Shown one piece after another: positions 29,172 to 38,092 of a stretch of 64,000 nucleotides of DNA. The position numbers were made by a program, and so were the translations under genes. Numbering within the stretch: position 1 is the stretch's first letter; every line of letters starts with the position of its first letter. The stretch is from an uncultured Candidatus Saccharibacteria bacterium. GTDB taxonomy: Bacteria > Patescibacteriota > Saccharimonadia > Saccharimonadales > CAZARM01. The stretch spans positions 32,226 through 96,225 of the forward strand of contig CAZARM010000001.1 of NCBI GenBank assembly GCA_964487615.1, read 5' to 3'. The notes below the pieces were generated by a model that searched no databases, was not told the DNA's origin, and saw only the letters and a list, made by a program, of their open reading frames with translations.

Positions 29172-29699
29172 CTACTTCTTGTAACGTTGTATGCAATCAG
29201 AGATTATTTTTTTGGCTTCCTCAACATCTCCCCATCCTAGTACCTTGGTGCTGCCTGGCTTTTTGAGGTCTTTGTAGTGGTCAAAATGATGTGCGACCAT
29301 CTGCTTCCAAAGATCACCAAGATCTTCGAGCGTATTGAGCCAGTCACCGTCATTGCGGTCATCTGCCGCGCGCACCACAATCTTGTGATCCATATCGCCA
29401 TCATCCTCAAAATTCATCACGCCCAAGATTTTTGCTTCTAACCAGATCCCAGTGGGTAGTGGCTCGTCGCAGACAATCAGGGTATCTAATTCATCACCAT
29501 CGCCATCTAGGGTTTGCGGTATAAAACCATAGCTGACGGGTTTGGGGAAAATACCAGGCTCCACGCGGTCCAGCATAAATGCTGCCCGCTTGCGGTCCCA
29601 TTCAATTTTTAGGATAGAGCCTTCGGGAATTTCCACGACGGTATTGACCAGCCCGTCCGCTACATTGCCGGGAGTTAGAACCTTATTGAAATCAGGCAT
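29172..29699 (-). CDS. ppa: Inorganic pyrophosphatase (family I)
   Basis: DGDELDTLIV and surrounding family-I PPase motifs. 175 aa. Confidence 0.9.
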   Translation of the reverse strand: MPDFNKVLTPGNVADGLVNTVVEIPEGSILKIEWDRKRAAFMLDRVEPGIFPKPVSYGFIPQTLDGDGDELDTLIVCDEPLPTGIWLEAKILGVMNFEDDGDMDHKIVVRAADDRNDGDWLNTLEDLGDLWKQMVAHHFDHYKDLKKPGSTKVLGWGDVEEAKKIISDCIQRYKK

Positions 29700-29741
29700 T
29701 AGAAATCCTTGTTTAATCAGTAATATTGTACACTATAGCCA

Positions 29742-30443
29742 ATGCGTATCATTGGGCACCGCGGTGCTGCCGGATTAGAGTTGGAAAACACCTTGGCTAG
29801 TCTTCAGCGAGCCAAAGATCTGGGTGTTGACGGTGTTGAGTTTGATGTCCGCCTGACAGCTGATCGCCAACTAGTGCTATGTCACGACGGTGACCTGTCC
29901 CGAACCGCTACAAAGTCAGCCAAAATCGAAGAGATGAATCTAGCAGAATTAAAGCAGATACCGCTCAAAAATGGTGAGCCAATACCAACGCTTGATGAGG
30001 CCTTAGACTGCCTGGGTCAAACCCTGGCAGTAGTCGAAATGAAAGTTAGCGGTTGTGCAGACGAACTGCTGGCAGTTCTGGATAAACATCCTAATACCCC
30101 AGTTATCATTGCCACCTTTCTGCATGAATTCGCGGCCGAGCTGGAAGTAAAACGCCACGGACTAACCGTCTTTTTGGCAGAATACACCCGCCCGACCGAG
30201 ATCATCCATTTTGTGCGTACGGCTAAGGCGGATGGGATTGACCTCAATGCCTGGGTACTCAATCCCTTGACCTATTGGCTTGCCAAGAGGCGAGGCCTAG
30301 ATATCATGGTCTATACCGTCAACCGGCGTTTCATCGGCTGGTTTATCAAAAAGCTCTATCCAGATGTGGCAATCTGCACCAACCACCCCGAACGATTCGT
30401 CAAGTCCGGAAAAGCCACAAATTCAGCATCGACCAGGCGCTAA
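29742..30443 (+). CDS. Glycerophosphodiester phosphodiesterase (GDPD family)
   Basis: IGHRGAAGLELENT...GVDGVEFDVRLTADRQLVLCHD N-terminal catalytic motif. Confidence 0.8.
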   Translation: MRIIGHRGAAGLELENTLASLQRAKDLGVDGVEFDVRLTADRQLVLCHDGDLSRTATKSAKIEEMNLAELKQIPLKNGEPIPTLDEALDCLGQTLAVVEMKVSGCADELLAVLDKHPNTPVIIATFLHEFAAELEVKRHGLTVFLAEYTRPTEIIHFVRTAKADGIDLNAWVLNPLTYWLAKRRGLDIMVYTVNRRFIGWFIKKLYPDVAICTNHPERFVKSGKATNSASTRR

Positions 30444-30912
30444 CGATTGCGGCAACCAAGTATTGGGCTTGGGTCCAGTCACGGTTCAATAAACATAGAA
30501 TCGCGGCCCCCACATTTATAACAACGGCGAAGATGTACCAGCCCATCGGCCGATCAACCAAGCCGTTCCACAAGTAGCCAATTGCCATCACCAGCAACCA
30601 GAACGCTCCCAGGTGTGCAATTAGCCGATAAGCCCATTCGACTTTGATATAGAACACGATGCCAGAGATGGCAATGCCAACAGTAATTGGCACCAGCCAG
30701 GCCAAGAATATATTACGCATCTGTCGAACCTTCAGCGGCATTACCCTGTACATATATCCTAGACCAATCAATGACAGCGTGAACCAAACAGGATTAATGG
30801 TTTTTCGTTGGTGATAATCAGTGGCAATGAAGCCGGCTGTAACTAGTACCGCCCACAGCAAGTAAACCCGGGCGCGAGTTTCTATGAACAAATGCTTACC
30901 AAACGGCGACAT
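30400..30912 (-). CDS. Polytopic membrane protein of unknown function, 171 aa with 4-5 TM helices
   Basis: Start set at MSPFGK (ATG 30912); the ORF-track extension overlaps the divergent FNR-like gene. Highly hydrophobic, aromatic-rich. Confidence 0.5.
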   Translation of the reverse strand: MSPFGKHLFIETRARVYLLWAVLVTAGFIATDYHQRKTINPVWFTLSLIGLGYMYRVMPLKVRQMRNIFLAWLVPITVGIAISGIVFYIKVEWAYRLIAHLGAFWLLVMAIGYLWNGLVDRPMGWYIFAVVINVGAAILCLLNRDWTQAQYLVAAIVSAWSMLNLWLFRT

Positions 30913-30939
30913 ATGTTCATAGTATACTATTGAGATATT

Positions 30940-31644
30940 ATGCGCGTAACATTTGATCATTCTAGTCCCACGGCCGACCACATTCGGACCTATTACTTCA
31001 AACCGGAGCGGGAGATGCGCTACACGGCTGGTCAATTTATTGAGCTCACCCTGCCCCATGACAATCCGGACAAGCGCGGGCAGAAACATTGGTTTACCCT
31101 GTCCTCCTCGCCTAGTGAAGAACTGCTTAGTATTACCACTAAATTCGCTACTGACCACATTAGTACCTTCAAGCAAACCTTGGCAGCCCTTAAGCCGGGC
31201 CAAGAGGTCGCCATGAGCGATGCCATGGGTGACTTTGTGCTACCAAAGGATACCTCCCTTCCGCTGGTGTTCATCGCCGGTGGCATTGGCGTTACACCGT
31301 TTCATAGCATGATCCAGTGGCTAATCGATACCCAGGAACACCGGACGATTCAGCTGCTTTACGCCGCCAATGTAGTTGAAGAAGTAGCTTTTAGGGATAT
31401 ATTTGCCAAGTATGGCCTGCCAGTCACCATAATTTTGAGCAAACCACCCGTAAACTGGAAAGGCCAATCCGGCCGTCTGGATGCCAAAAAAATTCTGGAG
31501 CTGGCTCCTGATGTAGACCGCAAGCTGTACTACCTATCAGGTCCCGAACCAATGGTCGAAGCTCTAGTCGAAGGCATGAAGGATGCCGGCGTCGATAAAA
31601 AGCGCTTGGTCGGTGACTACTTCCCCAACTACACGGGCGTATAG
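30940..31644 (+). CDS. FNR-family flavoprotein oxidoreductase (ferredoxin-NADP reductase / cytochrome-b5-reductase-like FAD and NAD(P) binding)
   Basis: HWFTLSSSP (R-x-Y-S/T-x-x-S FAD motif analogue), GGIGVTPF (NAD(P)-binding GxGxxP) and YYLSGPEPM (CGPxxM analogue). Confidence 0.7.
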   Translation: MRVTFDHSSPTADHIRTYYFKPEREMRYTAGQFIELTLPHDNPDKRGQKHWFTLSSSPSEELLSITTKFATDHISTFKQTLAALKPGQEVAMSDAMGDFVLPKDTSLPLVFIAGGIGVTPFHSMIQWLIDTQEHRTIQLLYAANVVEEVAFRDIFAKYGLPVTIILSKPPVNWKGQSGRLDAKKILELAPDVDRKLYYLSGPEPMVEALVEGMKDAGVDKKRLVGDYFPNYTGV

Positions 31645-31668
31645 ATTAAACACTCAACTTGAACTGGT

Positions 31669-32100
31669 TTACTCCGTAACTACGATCGTGGCTTTCATAT
31701 TGGGGTGAAGCTCACAGTGGTAAGCAAAAGTACCCGCAGCATCAAATGTCATGGTGTACATTTCGCCTTGGTCAAGCGTGCCACTATCTAGCATGCCGCC
31801 CCCATCAGAGGTCACAGTGTGGGCTGTAGAATCTTTATTGGTCCAGGTGACAGTAGCACCCTTCTTGACGGTCAGTTTGGTAGGGGAAAAGGCAAAACCG
31901 GAGATGGTGACTGAGTTGGATGAAGTAGAATCATTCGAGGTGGCTGGAGCCGTTTCGTGCGCAGAATGGTCTTCCGGGGCAGTTGCGGTGCTCGAACTGG
32001 CAGTCTGTGCAGGCTCATCTTTCCGCGTGGCCAGATATACCCCGCCAAGACCCAGAATCGCTACCACGACAACAATGATTATTATCACAGGTTTGCTCAT
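31669..32100 (-). CDS. Cupredoxin (plastocyanin/amicyanin-like type-1 blue copper protein) with an N-terminal TM anchor
   Basis: GATVTWTNKDSTAHTV...FAYHCELHPNMKA supplies the His/Cys/His/Met copper ligand spacing. Ser/Thr-rich linker. Confidence 0.75.
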   Translation of the reverse strand: MSKPVIIIIVVVVAILGLGGVYLATRKDEPAQTASSSTATAPEDHSAHETAPATSNDSTSSNSVTISGFAFSPTKLTVKKGATVTWTNKDSTAHTVTSDGGGMLDSGTLDQGEMYTMTFDAAGTFAYHCELHPNMKATIVVTE

Positions 32101-32205
32101 ATCCCCTCCTTGATTACTGACTAATCATACCATCAAATGTAGTCAAGTCTAAAGAACCCTTAAAGTATGAGAAAATAGAAGTCTAAAGGGGGAGTTTTTA
32201 AACAT

Positions 32206-32598
32206 ATGGATAAGAATAAATGGGTAGTGGCGGCATTAATTGCCGTTGGTGCACTTGTGGCGCTTGTAGCAGTATTGCCCAAAACCAAACAAAGCAGTAC
32301 GGCTGCTAACATCACCCCGCCCACAGTTACCAGAATTACCGCCGAAGAAGTAGCCAGCCACGATAGTCGTGATGATTGTTGGACCGTGATTAATGGCAAA
32401 GTCTACAACATCACCGGCTTTATCTCCAGCCACCCCGGCGGGGACGAAATCTTGCGCGCCTGCGGTATTGATGCCACCAGCTTGTTCACCCAGCGCGAAA
32501 CCAGCAGTGGACAACCTGTCGGCTCGGGGACGCCTCACTCTAGCAGCGCCGCCAGCCAGCTAGCTAGCCTTCAAATCGGTGTGCTGTCATCTAACTAA
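32206..32598 (+). CDS. Cytochrome b5-like heme-binding domain protein with an N-terminal TM anchor
   Basis: Exact match to the cyt-b5 heme signature [FY]-[LIVMK]-x-x-H-P-[GA]-G in FISSHPGG. Context HDSRDDCWTVINGKVYNITGF...DATSLF. Second His in TPHSS. RBS aaaggggga sits before the ATG. Confidence 0.75.
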   Translation: MDKNKWVVAALIAVGALVALVAVLPKTKQSSTAANITPPTVTRITAEEVASHDSRDDCWTVINGKVYNITGFISSHPGGDEILRACGIDATSLFTQRETSSGQPVGSGTPHSSSAASQLASLQIGVLSSN

Positions 32599-33037
32599 CC
32601 GACCGCTCTGAGATATACTTAACAGTTTCGATATAGTGCTGCAGTTGATCTGTAGGAATTTCGGCTAGCCAGTTATCCATCTTTTGAGCAATAATTTCCT
32701 CAGTGTGCGTCAGCATACGTTGCCCGCGAGGACTTAAGATAACGTGCCTCGACCGACGGTCGCGACGCTGGATCTTTTGCTTGACTAGTTTTTGCTGACC
32801 AACCTTGACCATCAATGCTGTGACTTGGGGCTGCGAAACATCCAGGCGTTTAGCAATCTCGGACAAGCTCAAGCCCTCTTCGGGTCCTTCGCCGATCACG
32901 CCCAACAGCAGCCACTCCATCATCGTAAGTTTCAAATAATCAAGTTGGTCGGCCACTAGTGCTCTTAGCACTCTATCGGCTCTGGAATGGAGCAGACAGG
33001 CCTGGTACATCGTAATTATTTTGCCCTGGTCAGCCAT
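32591..33037 (-). CDS. MarR-family transcriptional regulator
   Basis: wHTH region LSLSEIAKRLDVSQPQVTALMVKVGQQKLV...DRRSRHVILSPRG. Confidence 0.8.
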   Translation of the reverse strand: MADQGKIITMYQACLLHSRADRVLRALVADQLDYLKLTMMEWLLLGVIGEGPEEGLSLSEIAKRLDVSQPQVTALMVKVGQQKLVKQKIQRRDRRSRHVILSPRGQRMLTHTEEIIAQKMDNWLAEIPTDQLQHYIETVKYISERSVS

Positions 33038-33107
33038 ACCATCACAGCTTGTAGAAAAAACTTCAACTTGTAAAGTAAAATTCCGCCTTTATTGCTGTTA
33101 GTAAAAT

Positions 33108-34076
33108 TTACTGCGAAACTTCAGATGCTTTAGCCCTGGCATGAGGCTCTAGGTACTGGCGAATCATTAAAGCAGCTGTGGCTCCCTCGCCGGCTGCACT
33201 AGCGATTTGCATGGTGGCGCCACTGCGCACATCACCAGCTGCAAACACACCCGGCATCGTGGTTTCTAAGTGATTGTTGGTCTTGATCATACCGACTTCA
33301 TCTAACTCCACCGCACTACTTTTTAAGAATTGCGTATTCGGCAACAAGCCAATAAATACAAATACACCGTCGGTTTCAAAACTAACTTTTTTGCTTGTCA
33401 GGGCATCGGTAGCGCTGACCGAAACCACTTTGTTGTCAGCTCCGCCAACAATTTCATCGACGGGCGTATTGAAGTGGACGGTAATTTTGTCGGCGTGTTG
33501 CTTGAGCTCTTGTTGCAGCACATCAGAAGCTCTGAAAGCCGGACCGCGAACCAACATGTCAATTCTGGTCGCAAAACGAGTTAAGAAGATTGCTTCCTGA
33601 ACAGCCGAGTTACCACCGCCGACGACCACTAAGCGCTTATCTCGGTAAAAAGCTCCGTCACAGGTGGCACAGTAGTGCACTCCGCGGCCGTAATACTGCT
33701 GCTCGCCCGGAATGCCTAGTTTTTTGTAATCACTGCCGGTGGCTATCAGTACGGCTCGAGCATGCATGTCGCCTTCCGAGGTCTTGAGTAGCTTGTAGTC
33801 GCCTTTGTCCTCAATGCTCATCACTTCGCCCAAGCGAATGTCTGCCCCAAAGCGTTCGGCTTGTTTCTCCAGAGCCTGACCGAGTTCTAAGCCGGCAATG
33901 CCGTCGGCAAAACCTGGATAGTTATCTACCCAGTCGGTTATCGAGGCCAAGCCGCCGATGACACCTTTTTCAAATAACACGGTATCTATATCTTCGCGTG
34001 TGGTATAGATGGCCGCACTTAAAGACGCTGGGCCAGCCCCCACCATCACCACATCATGCGTTTCTATATCAGCCAT
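33108..34076 (-). CDS. trxB: Thioredoxin-disulfide reductase
   Basis: VVMVGAGPAS FAD motif, redox-active CATCDG, and GGGNSA NADPH motif. Confidence 0.9.
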   Translation of the reverse strand: MADIETHDVVMVGAGPASLSAAIYTTREDIDTVLFEKGVIGGLASITDWVDNYPGFADGIAGLELGQALEKQAERFGADIRLGEVMSIEDKGDYKLLKTSEGDMHARAVLIATGSDYKKLGIPGEQQYYGRGVHYCATCDGAFYRDKRLVVVGGGNSAVQEAIFLTRFATRIDMLVRGPAFRASDVLQQELKQHADKITVHFNTPVDEIVGGADNKVVSVSATDALTSKKVSFETDGVFVFIGLLPNTQFLKSSAVELDEVGMIKTNNHLETTMPGVFAAGDVRSGATMQIASAAGEGATAALMIRQYLEPHARAKASEVSQ

Positions 34077-34124
34077 CTTAATTTATCCATTCTATCATTT
34101 GCAAAGTCTACTTTCTACGCTGCA

Positions 34125-34244
34125 CTTAGTGCTTTTCAGGGATGCAGTACAAGGCAGGAGCGAGGAACGCAAAGGAGCGGTATTCAAATACCCTGACTGC
34201 GTACCGGAGCTCCTAGCGCCGTAATGCGCCCTGAAAAGTACTAA
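34125..34244. promoter_or_regulatory. Candidate regulatory region upstream of trxB-marR. It has a 17-bp inverted repeat (cttagtgcttttcaggg ... ccctgaaaagtactaag, one mismatch) flanking an 86-nt spacer that contains the palindrome GGAGCTCC.
   Basis: Read directly from the sequence. The right arm overlaps the glutaredoxin stop codon. Confidence 0.35.
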
Positions 34245-34492
34245 GCCGCGACTGCAGGGGCGAGGCGGGCTAAGTTGAAGCCAACAACAACTTCTCTAGT
34301 ATTATCTTCTTTGGTAACCACGGTAACCGGCACTGTCAGGGCGCCGCTCAATTCCAACGCTTCAGCCTGACGCTCGGGATGCTGGTCTATATTGACTTCC
34401 TCGTAAGCATGGCCTTTGCTGCCTAACCATTTTTTGACCATTACGCAGTAAGCGCAGGTGTTGGTAGTGAAGATAGTGATGTTTTTGGCCAT
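34241..34492 (-). CDS. Glutaredoxin-like protein (NrdH/Grx family)
   Basis: 83 aa with CAYC redox motif near the N-terminus. Confidence 0.75.
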   Translation of the reverse strand: MAKNITIFTTNTCAYCVMVKKWLGSKGHAYEEVNIDQHPERQAEALELSGALTVPVTVVTKEDNTREVVVGFNLARLAPAVAA

Positions 34493-34601
34493 AATTTGTC
34501 CCTCTTTTCGTGCAACTTTTAGTGTTTATATGCTTATGTCTACCTATTGTATATAGCGTTTGCAGTTATTTCAAGACGCTATATGTTGTGTTTTTTTACT
34601 G

Positions 34602-35141
34602 CTACTGTTTTACGCTGACCAGCTCGATATCAAACACCAGGTCAGCGTCAGGGGGGATTCCTGAGCCTTGCGGTGGTGTGGATCCGTATGCTTGAGCTGC
34701 CGGTATCAGTAAGCGACGCGTGCCGCCGACTTTCATGCCTGGAACACCGTCCGTCCAGCCCTTGATCACTTGGTCCAGTCCAAATTCTACCGGTTGATTT
34801 GGGCCGTCGTGAGAACTTTGAAATATAATCCCTGTTGCCGCTACTGCTCCAGTGTAATGAGCCGTGACTGTTGCTCCCTGCTTAACAACCTCCCCGTCAC
34901 CTACGACCAGATCTATAATTTTCAGTGAGTCGACCTTAGCGACCGGCTCAAAGTTTTGTAGTTTTGTACCTTCCAATGTTGCCCCCGTCTGTTTAGTTTG
35001 ATCATTAATCACTTGCGAGTCAGTCGGGTTAGTAGGCTGTTTGTGCATTTCCCAGATCACGTAAATACTAAAACCGATCGATGACACCAAGAACAGTGCT
35101 GCCGCCAGTAGTGCAAAGACACGTTGATGCATTTTTGCCAC
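34602..35141 (-). CDS. FKBP-type peptidyl-prolyl cis-trans isomerase with an N-terminal TM/signal
   Basis: VTAHYTG...G..F.SS.....P.EF.L..VI.GW..G..GM.VGG.R.L.IP...AYG FKBP core. Confidence 0.85.
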   Translation of the reverse strand: MAKMHQRVFALLAAALFLVSSIGFSIYVIWEMHKQPTNPTDSQVINDQTKQTGATLEGTKLQNFEPVAKVDSLKIIDLVVGDGEVVKQGATVTAHYTGAVAATGIIFQSSHDGPNQPVEFGLDQVIKGWTDGVPGMKVGGTRRLLIPAAQAYGSTPPQGSGIPPDADLVFDIELVSVKQ

Positions 35142-35211
35142 GTTGTTACCTCCTTAGTCGTACGTCAAGTATAGCGACGTAGCGAAGCTTCGCCAACAAC
35201 ATTAGCAGATA

Positions 35212-38070
35212 TTACGACACTTTGGTTGAGATGCGGCGGTACAACTTGGGGTAGACGAACGTCAGAGCCAAATACACCATCAGCAATAGGCCAAAGTTAA
35301 TATGCAACAAGCTGCTGATAGCCACCACAGCTACCAGACCTGCTAGCCAGGAAAGGGCTTTGGCGCGGCTAACTTTTTGGCGTAAAAACTCGGCTCCGAG
35401 ATAGTAGTATGGGAAAACCGTGACAACCAGTAGCGTGTTGGACAACAGGCCAAAGATCAACACCACAGCCAAACCTTCCCAGAATGGACTGGCCAGCGCT
35501 AGCGGGATAAGCGATACAACGGCCGTCATGCTGGTGGCAAACAACGGACGGAAACGTTCTTCCAGAGCGGCTACTGCGGCATCAATGGCCCCGGCGCCCT
35601 CATGCCGTTTCTGGTTAGCAAAGTCTGTCAGCAGAATGGTGTTTTTGATGCTCAGGCCAATTAGAGCAAAGAAGCCCAGCATAGTGAAAAAGCTGATGGC
35701 GTTATCAGTCAGATTAAGACCCAGCATAATGCCAAAGAAGCTAAACGGAATGGCCATGAAGATCAGGAGGGGCTGCAGCAAGGAGCGGAACTGGAAGGCC
35801 AGCAGGATAAACATGACGACTAGCAGTATTGGGAAGGCCAAAGCCAAAGTGCGGAAGGAGTCTTGGTTTTCTGATTCGAACCCTATATTGTAATTGATCT
35901 TGTCGGTTGACAGACCAAACTGACTGAGCTTGGTGTTATTGAATTCTTTTTCCAAACTATTTTGGGCCAGGGTGACGAGAGTGGTGGTATCGGTGCCATC
36001 AAAATTGGCGGTTACCGTTACCACTGGCCGGTTATCAACCCTTAAGTATTGGTCAGGACTGGAGACGTTGACGTTTACGAAGTGAGCGGTTGTGCCATTT
36101 ACCCTTATGAGTTCAGTGTTTTTCATGTAGCTTTCATAGGCGGCGGCGGCTTTGAAGGCGTCCTGACGATTAGTCGAATCAATTTCAACAGTAAAGGCCG
36201 CAGAGGGGGGGCCAATGTCAACTTGGGCTACCGAGACTCGGGCGGCCTTAAAGTCACCGTCATACTTCTCCTGCAACTGTTTAACCAGTTCCGGCGACGT
36301 CACTTCGCGCTTATTGTAATTAGTCAGTTCAATTTGCTCGCTGGCCGTTTGGGCATTGCCTGTTCCATAGTACGAAGAATGTACAAAGTTTTGTCCGACC
36401 ACCTGGGCGGCCAGCTGGTCAGCTTGCCCAGCAATTGCCTGGGCCTCCTCCACGCTGGTGCCTTGAGGAAAGTTAATGGCCAATGCTAAGCCGTTGGTGT
36501 CCTTGGTGGGGGGGAAGATGTTAAACACCACATTTTTGGCTATCAACCCACCGGCCAATACAAATCCTAGGCCGATGAAGACAGCTGTTAAGCCAACACC
36601 GAACAGTTTCTTGCGTGAGCCCCGAGCCCATAACATCGGTCGGGTAATGAAGCCTGCGACCTTGGCTTCAAAGCCCGCAGCTACTTCTTTGACCCCTTGC
36701 TTGCCCATTTGCTTTTTGCCCAGTAGCACGAAGCGTGCAAAGAACGGAATGAAGATTAGAGCCACCAGCAAGCTGATAAGCAAAGATATGATGATGGTCA
36801 CTGGAATCGCTTGGATGAAGTCGCCCAAGATTCCACCGACGAATAGTAACGGCACAAAACTCAAACAAGCTGTTAGCGTCGCTGCAACCATCGCCCGGCT
36901 AACTTTCCGGGTGGCCGTCCGTACGGCTTCGCGGGCATCTTTTTCTTTGCCCCTCGCCGCATCGATGGCTTCAACCATAATAATCGTGTCGTCGACGATT
37001 AAGGCCAGCCCCAGAATAAGTGCAAACAGGGTTATGACGTTCAACGTATAGCCGATCAAGTACAGTACGCCCAAACTGGTCACCAGCACGGTGACCATTG
37101 AAACTACGGTGATTAGCGAGGCCCGGATGGCAATAACTAACGAGCCTACTATCAAAACGGCCAGCAAGCCTTCGAGTAACACGCGCTGGAGCTCGCTGAG
37201 GCTGTCTTTGATGCTGGGCGCTGAACTGGCGCTCACCTCACCACTGTAGTCAGCAAATGCCGGATCATGTTTCAGCTGGTCTAGAACGCCGCGGACTTGT
37301 TCATCAAATTTTATGACATCAGCACCATCGGTTTTAGTGACACCAATGATTATCGAATTGAAGAAGTTGGTCTGCTCCTGCTTCTCGCCGTAACGGTCAA
37401 AGCTACGCTGAATGTCCGTTGCGTGGCCAGTTGATACGTCAGTGGCAGTTTCAAACTGGGTTTTTAGAAAAACCGATTTAACTAGCTCGGGTTTGTGGTC
37501 ATTCAACCATTTAACGGCCGACTCAGCCTTTGCGCTGGTATCGGCAACTGAAGCAGTTCCCTTTGTATTGAAAAATGAGACTGCCGCATCAATCGGTTGG
37601 ACATCGCCACCAGTGGCGCCAAAATACAGCACATCGTACTGCGCTTGGACAGAAGCTGGTAAGACGCCCGAATCCTTAACCGCTTGCTCGAAAGCCTTGG
37701 TGGCGACGCTGGAGTCTACATTTTCCTTGTACTGCAGACTGATGCTAAAGAAGTTGTCAGTACTCTGACCCTGGACCGTGCTAACCCCCGCCTGATGAGT
37801 GGCAATCTCGGTCATCGGTTTAACCACGTCTTGGTCGACCCTGGCCGGATCATTTACGAAATAAGTGCCATTAACAATGGCGAAGGGCACGTTAACACTC
37901 GGGAAACCTTCACGTCTGAGCAAAGTCGTATAACTGGCAATACCGAACACGGCGATGGCTAGCCATATGAGCGCTGTGAGTTTTGGTCGGTCAAAGAAAG
38001 CGGTGGTCAGTTTTGGTAGGAATTTATCACGCGGTTGCTTGTTGGTTGGCTTGTGTCGTCGCAGTAACAT
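35212..38070 (-). CDS. RND-superfamily (MMPL/HAE-like) transporter, 952 aa
   Basis: Two repeats of large extracytoplasmic loop plus 6 TM segments. Typical RND topology. Confidence 0.7.
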   Translation of the reverse strand: MLLRRHKPTNKQPRDKFLPKLTTAFFDRPKLTALIWLAIAVFGIASYTTLLRREGFPSVNVPFAIVNGTYFVNDPARVDQDVVKPMTEIATHQAGVSTVQGQSTDNFFSISLQYKENVDSSVATKAFEQAVKDSGVLPASVQAQYDVLYFGATGGDVQPIDAAVSFFNTKGTASVADTSAKAESAVKWLNDHKPELVKSVFLKTQFETATDVSTGHATDIQRSFDRYGEKQEQTNFFNSIIIGVTKTDGADVIKFDEQVRGVLDQLKHDPAFADYSGEVSASSAPSIKDSLSELQRVLLEGLLAVLIVGSLVIAIRASLITVVSMVTVLVTSLGVLYLIGYTLNVITLFALILGLALIVDDTIIMVEAIDAARGKEKDAREAVRTATRKVSRAMVAATLTACLSFVPLLFVGGILGDFIQAIPVTIIISLLISLLVALIFIPFFARFVLLGKKQMGKQGVKEVAAGFEAKVAGFITRPMLWARGSRKKLFGVGLTAVFIGLGFVLAGGLIAKNVVFNIFPPTKDTNGLALAINFPQGTSVEEAQAIAGQADQLAAQVVGQNFVHSSYYGTGNAQTASEQIELTNYNKREVTSPELVKQLQEKYDGDFKAARVSVAQVDIGPPSAAFTVEIDSTNRQDAFKAAAAYESYMKNTELIRVNGTTAHFVNVNVSSPDQYLRVDNRPVVTVTANFDGTDTTTLVTLAQNSLEKEFNNTKLSQFGLSTDKINYNIGFESENQDSFRTLALAFPILLVVMFILLAFQFRSLLQPLLIFMAIPFSFFGIMLGLNLTDNAISFFTMLGFFALIGLSIKNTILLTDFANQKRHEGAGAIDAAVAALEERFRPLFATSMTAVVSLIPLALASPFWEGLAVVLIFGLLSNTLLVVTVFPYYYLGAEFLRQKVSRAKALSWLAGLVAVVAISSLLHINFGLLLMVYLALTFVYPKLYRRISTKVS

Positions 38071-38092
38071 GATGGTCAGATCCTCTGTAACT

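Noticed and set aside
30912-31203. Upstream 97 codons of the 30400-31203 ORF
   Set aside because: This extension overlaps the divergent FNR-like gene on the other strand. The hydrophobic membrane protein starts plausibly at MSPFGK (30912).
34510-34695. 61-aa plus-strand ORF in the FKBP-grx intergenic region
   Set aside because: Cys/Phe/Tyr-rich low-complexity translation of an AT-rich promoter region; overlaps the FKBP 3' end; no RBS.
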